Virus record (IMG/VR): IMGVR_UViG_3300024262_000019
Span: 32,001 to 96,000 of that record
Strand: one strand, 5' to 3'
DNA length: 64,000 nucleotides
Source of the DNA: a virus
A model generated the notes under the pieces. It did no database searches and had not been told where the DNA came from. It saw nothing but the letters and a program-made list of their open reading frames with translations. Positions within the stretch are counted from its first letter, which is position 1; every line of letters starts with the position of its first letter. The translations under genes were made by a program, and so were the position numbers. Shown here piece after piece: positions 20,576-30,236 of the stretch.

Positions 20576-21273
20576 CCCTGCTCACTTAGCGTCTCAATTT
20601 GATGACAATTTGCACATAGAACTGCACACTTGCCTATCTCATCCTCGATAACTGACAATGGTCTTTTTCTGTTTACCAGGAAAGCTATCGCACCAACCTT
20701 TCCATCGCCGTGAAGATGGTGAAATTCCAACATAGTTGGATCTGACTCTCCGCAGGATATGCATGGATTGCTGGATAAATATTCAATGACGTGCCTCTGA
20801 CCTACTCTTGTCGGAGGTATCTCGGAAACCTTGTAGTTATTGGACCTGATTGCAGTTCTTCTTCTGTGGCAATTTCTACAAACTACTTCACATTTTTCCA
20901 TTTCAATGGAAATAGCATCCCATGACCTTGAAAAAGCACCCCTGCCAATGCCAAACCTCTTATCCCTCAAATGATCAAACTCCAAAACACGAAAGTCATC
21001 GCGTCCACAGTCAACACATGAACTACACTTCAGTATCTCAATTATCTTTATCGATTTAGCATTCTTATACTTGGTAGTTCTTGAGCACACGTCGGAGCTA
21101 TGCCTCGTATACCTGCGACGATTGCTAGAATTCCTGCAATCTTTGCAGTGAGAAGCTCTTCCACTTCCATCTGGCCTACGATGAAAACAATCGATATCCA
21201 GCTCCAGCTCACACTTCGTGCAAGTCTTGGCCACAACCAAACCGCCGTCATTCAGTGCAATCCTACGCTTCAT
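20527..21273 (-). mobile_element. HNH homing endonuclease with two tandem HNH domains
   Basis: CTKC..CKDC Zn finger, then CVDCG..D...LEFDH...KC.VVC.NCH and CISCGE.D...LEFHH...KC.VLCANCH. Confidence 0.85.
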
Positions 21274-21773
21274 GGGATTTGAATCCGCCGCTCCGCTCCG
21301 AACTGAGAGCGCCTTTTCAGAGTCAATTTAAACTGCGTAAATGTTGGAGAGTCATTGATGTGGCCATCGTGCTCTGCCTTGATAACATCAAAAAACATAC
21401 CCTTACCCATCGACCATCTGTCGTGATACGGCGTTCGCCACATCTCAATGATGTCGGTCTCGGATGGGTACGGAAGATTCTTCTCATCCATGGAAGCTCG
21501 GCTTATTATTGCCTGCGCATCCCAGTCCCTGCCAAAACCATACTCTTCGGCGAGAGGCTGGTACTGAGGGTACTTAACAAGGGCGCCAACGCGATGTGGA
21601 CCGTCGAAGATTCTCTCCGTAGGCTCACCGTAGAGCGGATCAACTCTCTGCCTATTCCTTATACTGGTGGCATCGAGGGCGTAGTAGTTGATCTCAACGC
21701 CAGCAAGATCAATCAAGTCTTGATTGATGCAGTCGAATAAATCGACTTCGCTATCGTCGAGAACCTTGCCCAC
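21270..21773 (-). CDS. Neck/head-closure protein (gp14-like)
   Basis: E/DLI...G.EI.YY...DPLYGE...P...D.I pattern; near the gp13-like gene. Confidence 0.7.
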   Translation of the reverse strand: MGKVLDDSEVDLFDCINQDLIDLAGVEINYYALDATSIRNRQRVDPLYGEPTERIFDGPHRVGALVKYPQYQPLAEEYGFGRDWDAQAIISRASMDEKNLPYPSETDIIEMWRTPYHDRWSMGKGMFFDVIKAEHDGHINDSPTFTQFKLTLKRRSQFGAERRIQIP

Positions 21774-22396
21774 TACTTCTTCCTGGCGGCCACTACGGCC
21801 TTCTCAAATTTGGAGACCTTGGCATCATGATCTTTCGACTTAGCCTTGGCGCCAGATATGCCTCGACCCTTCTTGGTCATCTCGGCAGTACCCTTTTTGA
21901 TCCTTCCAGACTTCTGTAGGCTAGCTCGACATATGGCATATGCTCGACTGAGCTTATTACTGCTACCACTCACCGGGTTACCGCTCTGATCCTTAGCAGC
22001 CCTACCCATGACATCCGAAATGCACCGCTTCTCCAGTTCAGAGGTATCCTCGTGGAGAGACATCACATCCTTGACAGATATAAGACCTTCGGAGGCATAA
22101 TATTTCCTCTCCATCTCCTTAGCCTTTGGCGTAGTCATCTTTGGCTTATCAACGTTACGCCCTGCATCGCCATGTCTCTTTCGAGATTTTATCAACCCAA
22201 CAGTAGATGTTGGATTTGGCTTGTAATCGACACCTCGCTTACGAAGTCGATCGGACTTTTCTGTCTCCGACTTCTTAATCGACGCTTTTCGATCTGCTCT
22301 AGCCTGCAGCTCATCCTCTGGCTGCCGTCTCAGCTTGTAAGCCTGGTCGAAGCTGATACGTGGTTTGCTTTTCCGCTTTTCAATTATGTAAGGCAT
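21773..22396 (-). CDS. Basic hypothetical protein
   Basis: Lys/Arg-rich; C-terminal AYAICRASLQKSG...TKKG domain resembles 58843-59274. Confidence 0.65.
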   Translation of the reverse strand: MPYIIEKRKSKPRISFDQAYKLRRQPEDELQARADRKASIKKSETEKSDRLRKRGVDYKPNPTSTVGLIKSRKRHGDAGRNVDKPKMTTPKAKEMERKYYASEGLISVKDVMSLHEDTSELEKRCISDVMGRAAKDQSGNPVSGSSNKLSRAYAICRASLQKSGRIKKGTAEMTKKGRGISGAKAKSKDHDAKVSKFEKAVVAARKK

Positions 22397-22401
22397 GACT
22401 A

Positions 22402-23136
22402 TTACTGAGCAAAGAATGGCATTGGCATCGCGCTACCGTAGATCTCTTCTTCTAGCTTTGCCATCTCTTTTTCAGCCTGCGCCAATAGGGCTGGACCATT
22501 CAATTGGACCTGCCCCTGGGCCGTAGGCCACGAAGAGTATTTACTGTAGATATTGCCAAGATCTTCCTTAGCATAGGCGAGAGCATACCTCTTAACCAGA
22601 TCATGGTCACGCTCTGGAAGCTGCTCTATCGTATTGCAGGTACTCTTGTATTCAACATACGCCTTGCCGCCGCCCTTGGGATTTGGAAGCAACAGAAGGA
22701 TGTTTTTATATGGGAAGTACATCCAGTTCCTCTCGGAATTGATGATGCGCTTAGCCATGTCCACATACTGAAGCGACTGCACCAAGGAGCTGTAGAGTCC
22801 AGCTGAGCTTGGTGCAGCGAATGCGTTATATGGGACCTTCTCGTCCGCGATGATGTGCGGCGCAAAGATCAACGATATGTCCAACGGGCTAACCTGAAAG
22901 GACACATCGATGACCGCATCGCAGTCTTCTGGCATGAGGTACTCGACCTGTCCAGAATACAGATCGAGCGTCAGATCTCTCTCTACGCCCTTCTTGGCAG
23001 CGAACCAACGCTTAGCCTCATGGACGGCGTCTTCGATATGAAGCTCGTCGAGGCAAACCTTAGCTATCGGACTCCCCAGACGACGAAGAATCCAAGCCTT
23101 CACCTCCGCCTCCGTCATTAGCCGTTCGCATGCCAT
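22402..23136 (-). CDS. Neck protein / head-tail adaptor (T4 gp13-like)
   Basis: WILRRLG.P...V.L...IEDA, RYALAYAKE.LG...SKY...P......LNG..L..A..E...LEEE. Confidence 0.88.
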   Translation of the reverse strand: MACERLMTEAEVKAWILRRLGSPIAKVCLDELHIEDAVHEAKRWFAAKKGVERDLTLDLYSGQVEYLMPEDCDAVIDVSFQVSPLDISLIFAPHIIADEKVPYNAFAAPSSAGLYSSLVQSLQYVDMAKRIINSERNWMYFPYKNILLLLPNPKGGGKAYVEYKSTCNTIEQLPERDHDLVKRYALAYAKEDLGNIYSKYSSWPTAQGQVQLNGPALLAQAEKEMAKLEEEIYGSAMPMPFFAQ

Positions 23137-23476
23137 CTTCTACCTCTTCCTTTTTGTTCTTCTTAGAGCGTTTGCTCTTTGACTTGGAAGCTGGTTCAAG
23201 ATCTGGAGCCGTTTCCATAACAAGTTCTGGCTCCGCTGGAATCTCAATTTCAGCCACTTTCGCTGGAATCTCGACTGCAACAGCCATCTCCGCTGGAGAC
23301 TCCTGCTTATCCTGAGTAACGCTTCCGCCAGTCTCAACTATGAAACCAAGCGCCATCAGTGGGGCCCAATTATTGGCCGCATCATCCTCAACTACTTCGC
23401 CTTCGCCAAGGTAACGACCAGACTGGTCTGGATATGCGACGGGACCGCAGTTGTCTACTTTTTTGTATTTAGCCAT
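23060..23476 (-). CDS. Hypothetical protein
   Basis: 138-aa ORF downstream of the capsid gene, low-complexity C-terminus. Confidence 0.6.
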   Translation of the reverse strand: MAKYKKVDNCGPVAYPDQSGRYLGEGEVVEDDAANNWAPLMALGFIVETGGSVTQDKQESPAEMAVAVEIPAKVAEIEIPAEPELVMETAPDLEPASKSKSKRSKKNKKEEVEDGMRTANDGGGGEGLDSSSSGESDS

Positions 23477-23477
23477 T

Positions 23478-23756
23478 TCATTCCTCTATCCCAAGGATAC
23501 GAAGGTCTGTCTCCATCTGGAGAAGCCTATCATCCGTTTCCCTTGAAGTGTTGCGGATCTCTTGTACCAAACTACTCATCTTATCCGCCATTCTTGATAT
23601 CTCAACAATGGTTTGTCGATGTCTGGCAACCTCTTCGTAGGCAGGCTCATGGCCGTTCGATCCGTTTCCATTAGGATATTCGCCGTATTCATCATCGGCA
23701 TCCTCCCCTATTCCAAGGGTTTTCATCTCTGCGATCACATCAGCTGGAACGGCCAT
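23478..23756 (-). CDS. Hypothetical coiled-coil protein
   Basis: 92 aa, strong GAGGAGG RBS. Confidence 0.7.
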   Translation of the reverse strand: MAVPADVIAEMKTLGIGEDADDEYGEYPNGNGSNGHEPAYEEVARHRQTIVEISRMADKMSSLVQEIRNTSRETDDRLLQMETDLRILGIEE

Positions 23757-23857
23757 GTTACCTCCTCAGACAACTATCAAAAAATTATCACAGTTGCCGA
23801 ATTACCTCTACCAAGTCTAGATCCATATCCAGTGGTAACCATCGCATATTCAGCACA

Positions 23858-24694
23858 TTACTTCATCAATCCAGCTCGACGACGTGTACGTTTGTAACAC
23901 TTGAGGCACTCGCCTTTGGCCACCACCTCTCGCCCACAGGCACATGCAGCCTTTGGGCTCTCAGTCCTCCGCCTTGACCACCAGCAAGTACGACACATCT
24001 CCTCCGTCCAGACATCCCCGCCGCAGCGGCAGCTTCCATCTGGACGTGAATCAACGTATTCCCGGTAAACCTGATACCGCTCCTCGCCGCGAATATGAGC
24101 CGGAGCATCGCCGTAAAGGTAGTCGCAAACCAGAACTGCTGGGGCGCCTGTGTGCTTGAAGGAATGCCAAGTGCACAATTCACCGGACATCACTCTTTCG
24201 TGATTGACCAGCTGACTGTGATTGACACCAGATCCAGCGACCAGCTCTTGATGAACCCTATCAGCGAACTCCTTGTTCTTGGCCGTGAACAGAACTCGCA
24301 ATGTATCATTGCCCTGCTTCAGCCTTCGCTTCTCAATCTTAACACTCCCATCAGAATCCCATAACCCGCGCAGGAAGTGCCCATGGAGATCAATAGGAAG
24401 GAAGCTAGGCCACTCTAGGTCTGTGGATTTCTTTCCGATGATGCCCTTCTCGGCAAACCAATCAACCAGCCTGGATGAATCTACATAGACCGACAGGCAG
24501 TTCTTCTTCACCTGAAATCCAGCGTCCGGACAAATCAGTTCCCGCCACTTCAGGGCTGTGTCTTCGTTGCACACAAGCGTCACCCGATGGTTACCGCCGG
24601 CCCGGTAGACGTTCCCGTCGCCATACACAAGCCCAAGCCACCAGGCTAACTCAGGAGTCCATCTGTCCAGGAAATCCCATCTAATGTCTTTCAT
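23858..24694 (-). mobile_element. Free-standing LAGLIDADG homing endonuclease with C-terminal Cys-rich Zn domain
   Basis: AWWLGLVYGDG and HFLRGLWDSDG motifs; directly downstream of the capsid gene. Confidence 0.85.
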
Positions 24695-24700
24695 GAAACC

Positions 24701-24729
24701 ATAATATATTCCTAGAAATACATGGTCAA
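24701..24729 (-). promoter_or_regulatory. Sigma70-like promoter, probably giving a leaderless mRNA for the LAGLIDADG gene
   Basis: TTGACC-17 nt-TATTAT, then 6 nt before ATG 24694; no RBS. Confidence 0.6.
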
Positions 24730-24733
24730 CATC

Positions 24734-24770
24734 AAAGAAAAAAGGCTTCTGGATTTCTCCAGAAGCCTTT
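24734..24770 (-). terminator. Rho-independent terminator after the major capsid gene
   Basis: AAAGGCTTCTGGA-GAAA-TCCAGAAGCCTTT then TTTCTTT. Confidence 0.88.
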
Positions 24771-24794
24771 CATCTAGCTTATATCGTTAGTCTT

Positions 24795-26279
24795 TTATAG
24801 ACCAGTGAAGCTAACACGTCCATAATATTCTGACCTCAAGACCTTTTTTCCGTACCGAGTACGGAGACCTTTACGGAACGAAAAGTCCGCAGGGTCAAGG
24901 AAGGTAGGTGTCACCTGGAGTGGGATGTATGGAGCCCATACAAATCCAGCATCCAAGAAACTCGCACCCTTGAGGCCGATAAGCATCTTGTCCGACTCGA
25001 AGAACGGATCTTCGTAGACAACCCACTTATTCATCAGGGTACCCACTTTGTAGATACCGAACTGACCATGCTGCGTCAAAGGACGTGGCATGTCTGCTGG
25101 GCCGTATGGGCTTGCGCCGCCGGATACCCAGAGAGGGCGGAAGTCACCGTGCGTGGTGAGCTGAGCAATCCTCGCCGAGATCTCAGGAGAGGTCACGATG
25201 AAGTTAGCTGGAGCACGGAGCGTGTCCTTGTGGATAAGGTTCGAGACCTTGCTGATCGTGGTGATCATCGAGCGAAGGTGATCGATCTCGCTGATTCCAG
25301 CAGGCGGAGTCAAAGAGAACGTATCAGTTCGACCAGATGCCGAAGTCACGAACAGGTCATTGATGATCTCGCGATCGATCTCAAGAGCGATCTCCTGAGC
25401 GATACCCGAGACAAGCTCAGTCTCAGCGTCAAGGCCGTGGAAGGCCCGAAGGTCCTCTGCAGCTTCCGACGACCAAAGAGCCTTGAGGCGACGTGGAATC
25501 GCTTCGATGGGCTGCCTGGTGATGTCCAGGTTGACCTGAGGGATCTTGGTGTTCAGTTCGCCATCGTAGAAGTACCGAGCAACAATCTTGTTGCCAGTAG
25601 CAGGTGCGGCAGTGAATTTGAACGCGGTGACCGCGCCAGAGCCATAGTTGACTGCACCAGCAGCAACGTTTCCGGTGAAACCACCTGATCCGTTATCTGT
25701 GGCCGTCTGAATGGTGGTTCCAGTGGAATCTACGTCCAGAATCTGGAGGGAGAAGCCAAGGTCAGCATTCAAGGGACGGATTGGAGTCCAGGCAAGGACC
25801 GAAGCCATTGCCCCTCCAGCACCACCAAAGGCAGCACCATCACCGGTTCCAAGAGCCTCGTCACGAACGAACTCAGAAGAGTAGTCGCGATCGAAATCTC
25901 GTGGGAAGATGGCACCAGCTTGGGTCGCACCCTTGTTGGATCCATACTTGTAATCAAAGAAGAACACTGCACCAACTGGAGCTGTCATCGGCTGAACCGA
26001 CACAATCTCGTTGGCAATCAGGTTCGGGAAGACGCGCCGTAGCACTGGGAAGATGAACTTGGTGAAGGAACCAACGTTGATCGTTTTGGTCTCCTCTTCC
26101 AGGCCCTGTAACCACTGCGACTCATTTTCCATGAGCATAGCAGTGACACCCCGAGTGTATGGGTTGTCGATACCTTCGAGTAGCTCGCCCCACTTACCGA
26201 TAAGAGATTGAATAAACCCCTTGTCAGCAATGCTTCGACGGGACTCGTTCAAAACTAGTTGTCTCGCTTCCATCTTCAT
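24795..26279 (-). CDS. Major capsid protein (T4 gp23 family)
   Basis: RRVFPNLIANEIVSVQPMTAPVG.VF, R.LKA.WS.EAAEDLRAFHGLDAE.EL...EI.LEIDREII, APYIPL, TRYG. Confidence 0.97.
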   Translation of the reverse strand: MKMEARQLVLNESRRSIADKGFIQSLIGKWGELLEGIDNPYTRGVTAMLMENESQWLQGLEEETKTINVGSFTKFIFPVLRRVFPNLIANEIVSVQPMTAPVGAVFFFDYKYGSNKGATQAGAIFPRDFDRDYSSEFVRDEALGTGDGAAFGGAGGAMASVLAWTPIRPLNADLGFSLQILDVDSTGTTIQTATDNGSGGFTGNVAAGAVNYGSGAVTAFKFTAAPATGNKIVARYFYDGELNTKIPQVNLDITRQPIEAIPRRLKALWSSEAAEDLRAFHGLDAETELVSGIAQEIALEIDREIINDLFVTSASGRTDTFSLTPPAGISEIDHLRSMITTISKVSNLIHKDTLRAPANFIVTSPEISARIAQLTTHGDFRPLWVSGGASPYGPADMPRPLTQHGQFGIYKVGTLMNKWVVYEDPFFESDKMLIGLKGASFLDAGFVWAPYIPLQVTPTFLDPADFSFRKGLRTRYGKKVLRSEYYGRVSFTGL

Positions 26280-26309
26280 ATCCTCCGTTACTGTCTATAT
26301 CCGTTGTTG

Positions 26310-27920
26310 TTAATTCTGAGAGTTGCCGTCGCCCGGCAGGCCAGAGAGAGCACGGATTTCAGACAGATTGGTTCCGAGCCCGTTATAATTTTGAGCGGAC
26401 ACACCGTGACCACCCGGACCGTTATTTGATTCCTCTTGGATGTACTCCACCGTTCCGCTGTTGAGGATCCCGCGAACGCGAGATCTAGCAGATTCCAGAT
26501 CCTCTGTCATTGAGGTCTTTGGATGAGAGTGCGCGAGGACGTTGTCTACTTCGCTTTTGCTTTGAGGCTGATGAGCCTCAACCAAACTACGGGCATAATC
26601 TGCCGAAGGATGATTAACCAGACGCTGCTCAAGATAGACCTGGGAAGCAAGATGCTTGCTGGCCTCAAGAGCTTTTTCAGTAATAATCTTCTGCTCAGCA
26701 AGCTGAGCCTCAAGCCTGGCATATCGCTCATCTGCCACAGACTCTTCGAATCTTTGAGATTCAAGCTCTTCTACGATGGAACCAATACGATCATCCATCT
26801 CACGAATATTGCTGTAGTTGGAGACATCTCCAACGAGGTCACGAACTAGATCTGCGCTATCGACACCATTGAGACGCTGCTCAAGATGGAACCTGTAACC
26901 AGCCTCGCGAGCGATAGAAGCTAGTTTATCGTTCTCAAGCTGGAGGTTTACGAGCTGAAGGTCTCTGTCTGCGATGACATTCTCAAGCTCTGCGATAATC
27001 TCTTCACGCTCTTGAACGAGGTGCTCTACATCCTCTGGGATGATGTAGGGACGGAGAACATCCTTAAGCTCACCAAGGGCCATCCTGGCACCGGCGACTG
27101 ATGGGTCATTCATGAGACGCTGAGTGATGGATGCTTCCATCTCCTTCTTTGCGTCATTGATTGCAGACTCAAGCTTTTCAGCGAACTCGGCACGAAGATC
27201 TGTAGATGCTTCTTGCTTTGCGCCAGTGATTTTTCTAGCCCAAATTTCAGCAGCCTTCTTCTCGTACTCACGCTCGGCGTCGTACATGAAGCTCTGAGCT
27301 AGTTCAGGATTGCTCTCTTTGAGTTCCTTTAAAGTAATGTTTTTTTCCATAGTAGCCTCCACGAAACCAGTAGTGTCATTGCCAGAATTAGCTGCAGTAT
27401 CCTCGACGTGAACTACTGGATATGCTGATTGTTGAGCTGGATCTGCGACAAAGTCGAAGGTCATAAGTCTGTAGTCATCTTGGACTACTGACTCGCCCTT
27501 CATGTTTGGCTTTGTAGTCCCAAATCCGCGAGAGGAGACTCCGACGGCTCCACCTGCGTCAAGGATGGCCTTAAGATTGCGTCCCTGGTCGGTATCTAGA
27601 ATGTGAGCAGTCCCGATGACAACGTCACCTTCTAGGTGAAGGTCACTGATAATGTGAGAAGTACGCTTGAGCTGAGTGCGACCGTCCATTGGATGATCTA
27701 ACTCGCCATATACTTTCATCTCTGAAAGCTGTTTACCAAGACGACCAAGCTCGCGCTCCCACAACTGATGGTTGTAGAGACGCTTGTTCTCCGTAGCCCT
27801 ATCTGCGCGAGCAAATTCGCCACGGGCAACATATTTGCCGGGTCCACCCTTAGACTCTTCGAGGGCGGTAGCCCTGAAGGTCATAGTGTCTATGAGTAGT
27901 TCTTTAACGGTTCCCGACAT
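26310..27920 (-). CDS. Prohead protease (T4 gp21 family) fused to a coiled-coil scaffold domain
   Basis: N.RLY, GELDHP, SH.I, GVSSRGFG, FDFVADP; about 350-aa helical C-terminal extension. Confidence 0.92.
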   Translation of the reverse strand: MSGTVKELLIDTMTFRATALEESKGGPGKYVARGEFARADRATENKRLYNHQLWERELGRLGKQLSEMKVYGELDHPMDGRTQLKRTSHIISDLHLEGDVVIGTAHILDTDQGRNLKAILDAGGAVGVSSRGFGTTKPNMKGESVVQDDYRLMTFDFVADPAQQSAYPVVHVEDTAANSGNDTTGFVEATMEKNITLKELKESNPELAQSFMYDAEREYEKKAAEIWARKITGAKQEASTDLRAEFAEKLESAINDAKKEMEASITQRLMNDPSVAGARMALGELKDVLRPYIIPEDVEHLVQEREEIIAELENVIADRDLQLVNLQLENDKLASIAREAGYRFHLEQRLNGVDSADLVRDLVGDVSNYSNIREMDDRIGSIVEELESQRFEESVADERYARLEAQLAEQKIITEKALEASKHLASQVYLEQRLVNHPSADYARSLVEAHQPQSKSEVDNVLAHSHPKTSMTEDLESARSRVRGILNSGTVEYIQEESNNGPGGHGVSAQNYNGLGTNLSEIRALSGLPGDGNSQN

Positions 27921-28143
27921 ACTTACGTGGTCCTTTCCAAAATTTGAATGAATTAGCAGATCTGGCTATCTGTCGCTGTCCAACAGTGTTGTCCAACTCG
28001 ATTGCGTTATCTGGCTTCTTGATTCTGTTTTTTGGATTCGTCCTCGACTTTACTTCGTCACTATCCATCACTTTAGCCAGCCGACCAGAGGGGTAGAAGT
28101 CCCTATTCCCTCTGGTTCCCTCGGTGGCTATCTGCCGAAAGGG
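27904..28143 (-). CDS. Putative -1 frameshift extension (77 codons) of the scaffold protein
   Basis: C CCT TTC slippery heptamer at 28143-28137, hairpin 28130-28074, -1 frame open to TAA 27904. Confidence 0.6.
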   Translation of the reverse strand, partial: PFRQIATEGTRGNRDFYPSGRLAKVMDSDEVKSRTNPKNRIKKPDNAIELDNTVGQRQIARSANSFKFWKGPRKYVGNR

Positions 28144-29165
28144 CCAGCGCTCCGTGCGTGGCGAAGAGATGCCAAGCGATCACTTACGCTTTCCTTCTGC
28201 TCCTTGCCCCGCTTGCCCCGTGGCTCATCATCGTCATCGTCGTCATCGTCATCGTCGTCATCGTCGGCTTCCATCATCTCTGAGATGGCTGCGTCATACG
28301 ACTCAACGGCATCCATGAGATCGAGCGTCATGAGACGGAAGGCGTCTTTAACGGCCTCCATAGTGTCATCATCGTCGTCATCGTCATCGTCGTCATCGTC
28401 GTCCTTCTTGCGAGATTTCATCTCAACAATATCGAAGGCTTCGGCGGCGCTGTCATAGAGAGACTCCATGGCTGCGTATACGTTCTCAACATCAAAATCA
28501 TCCGAGATTTCAACGAGACGCTCTGCAAGAAGAGCTGCGTTCTCTCCGAGGAGAGAGAAACCTCTTCCGAGGTTGTCACAGTCTTCGCTAACCTGTGAGC
28601 CGTGAACCAACGCATCAAGCTCTCCGATGAGCTGAGAAGCACGGTTGACGTAGGAAGATTCAGCCTTGCCCATGCCAGCAATCTTCTTGGTGGGAGTAAG
28701 CCCTTGAGCTACATCTGGGTCTTTCCCGCCGTCGTAGTTGCCACCCTTGTTCTTATCAACAAGACGGGCACGTAGCTGCTTGTATCCGTCTGGATACTCT
28801 GCTCTTACGTTGCCATCAACTCCCTCTCGGTAGTTGGGAGCCTTGTTGTATTTACCGGCACTCCTGCCACCCATCTTAGCGCCAGCGTCCAACGGATCAT
28901 CATGATCGTCAGAATCCCTTGGAGCGATGCGAGGACGTGGCTGCCTAGCGTACTTGTTACGCGCCTTAGCGTTGATGGAGCCTTCGCTGTCATCGTTGCC
29001 GGCAAGCGTGCTTGGATCTGGAGATGGGATATCTCGTGGATTACTGGAGTTGTCACCCTCGTAAAGTCCTTCGCTGGACTCAGTGAGTTGCTTCTCAGGA
29101 AGAAGTCCAATTGCTCGGAAGTCTTCTTCGATAGTGGTGAGTAGAACTGGATACCTGTGATTCAT
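28128..29165 (-). CDS. Prohead core/scaffolding protein (gp22-like)
   Basis: Acidic, two poly-Asp tracts, LTES/LYEG-type candidate protease sites, upstream of the protease. Confidence 0.6.
   Translation of the reverse strand: MNHRYPVLLTTIEEDFRAIGLLPEKQLTESSEGLYEGDNSSNPRDIPSPDPSTLAGNDDSEGSINAKARNKYARQPRPRIAPRDSDDHDDPLDAGAKMGGRSAGKYNKAPNYREGVDGNVRAEYPDGYKQLRARLVDKNKGGNYDGGKDPDVAQGLTPTKKIAGMGKAESSYVNRASQLIGELDALVHGSQVSEDCDNLGRGFSLLGENAALLAERLVEISDDFDVENVYAAMESLYDSAAEAFDIVEMKSRKKDDDDDDDDDDDDDTMEAVKDAFRLMTLDLMDAVESYDAAISEMMEADDDDDDDDDDDDDEPRGKRGKEQKESVSDRLASLRHARSAGPFGR
28227..28403. repeat. Two (GAC/GAT)13 poly-Asp tracts sharing a 32-nt identical block
   Basis: 28227-28265 and 28365-28403 both contain GACGATGACGACGATGACGATGACGACGATGA (minus strand). 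Confidence 0.85.
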
Positions 29166-29194
29166 TGAGATTCTCCTAATTTGGTCAAGTAAAC

Positions 29195-30154
29195 CTAAAC
29201 GGCTCCGTCGAAAGCGCCGACCATACGCTCGATGAAACTAGTTGCCATCTCATAGCTAACCAGAGACTCGGCTATGGAGTCGTAAATGTGACCTAGGCAC
29301 ATTACGCACTGTTCGTTCACAAGAGCATCGGAAACGATTCCCCGAACTTCCTGCAGGTCTTCAATCAGATCTTCGGAGAAGAAACAAAAGTGAGATAAGA
29401 CATCCGCCTCATTCTCCTCCAGGTCACCATCTCCAACCGATTCTATAAACGGCAGATATGCCGCTTCAGCAGCATGATGAACCAACTCAAGACGCTCAAG
29501 CACGAGACCTAAGTCGGTCTCTGCGTTGTCTCGGTAGTTCTCAAATTGCTCTTCCGGTATTTCATCCGTCTCATACAATGGCTTGTACTTAGCCTCGAAT
29601 GAGTTTTCATGGATGGAACCAAGGACATCTACAATCTGCCTCTTGATCTCATCTTGCTGCTCCGCAAACACCTGTCGCCAAGGACGACCCTCGGAGAGAG
29701 CAGCAAGTGTCTCGCCAACATAATCCCTGGCCAACTCAGCCTGCGTCTGCTCTTGCAGACTAGCTAGCTGGAGGATCCTCTCAGCTGCGCCACCCACGCC
29801 TTCCGACATAAGTGAATCAACGATGCTTAGCGAGTAATCACGCATAGACCTAGCTGCGTTAGTGGAAGAAACCACCGGGACATCTAGTTGCGATAGCTCT
29901 CCAAAGACTATTGCGCCGTCCTTACTCTCGAACTTAGCCTCATAATAGGAACCTTCTGCTGTTCCAACTATGATCTTGTTCTTAAATGTAGCTACGCGAG
30001 CAATGTCCTCAGACCCATTGGTAAACAAATGACGGTTCTCACTAACAGCCTCGTCGAGGCGATGAGTGAGCTGTTCGTACGAGCCGCTTACCATCGCTCT
30101 GATGGCTTCGACTGGAACGATTTTGTCTTCTATGGAGAAAGGATTGTATGGCAT
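29195..30154 (-). CDS. Acidic hypothetical head-assembly protein
   Basis: 319 aa between portal and scaffold genes. Confidence 0.65.
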   Translation of the reverse strand: MPYNPFSIEDKIVPVEAIRAMVSGSYEQLTHRLDEAVSENRHLFTNGSEDIARVATFKNKIIVGTAEGSYYEAKFESKDGAIVFGELSQLDVPVVSSTNAARSMRDYSLSIVDSLMSEGVGGAAERILQLASLQEQTQAELARDYVGETLAALSEGRPWRQVFAEQQDEIKRQIVDVLGSIHENSFEAKYKPLYETDEIPEEQFENYRDNAETDLGLVLERLELVHHAAEAAYLPFIESVGDGDLEENEADVLSHFCFFSEDLIEDLQEVRGIVSDALVNEQCVMCLGHIYDSIAESLVSYEMATSFIERMVGAFDGAV

Positions 30155-30178
30155 AGGTTTTCGCCCTTGCTGATGTGG

Positions 30179-30208
30179 ATACTAGAGGTAATGGAAAAGC
30201 ACTGTCAA
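30179..30208 (-). promoter_or_regulatory. Sigma70-like promoter
   Basis: TTGACA-18 nt-TAGTAT in the intergenic gap upstream of 30154. Confidence 0.55.
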
Positions 30209-30236
30209 GGAGCTGTAGATCTATTTAGTCAAACAA

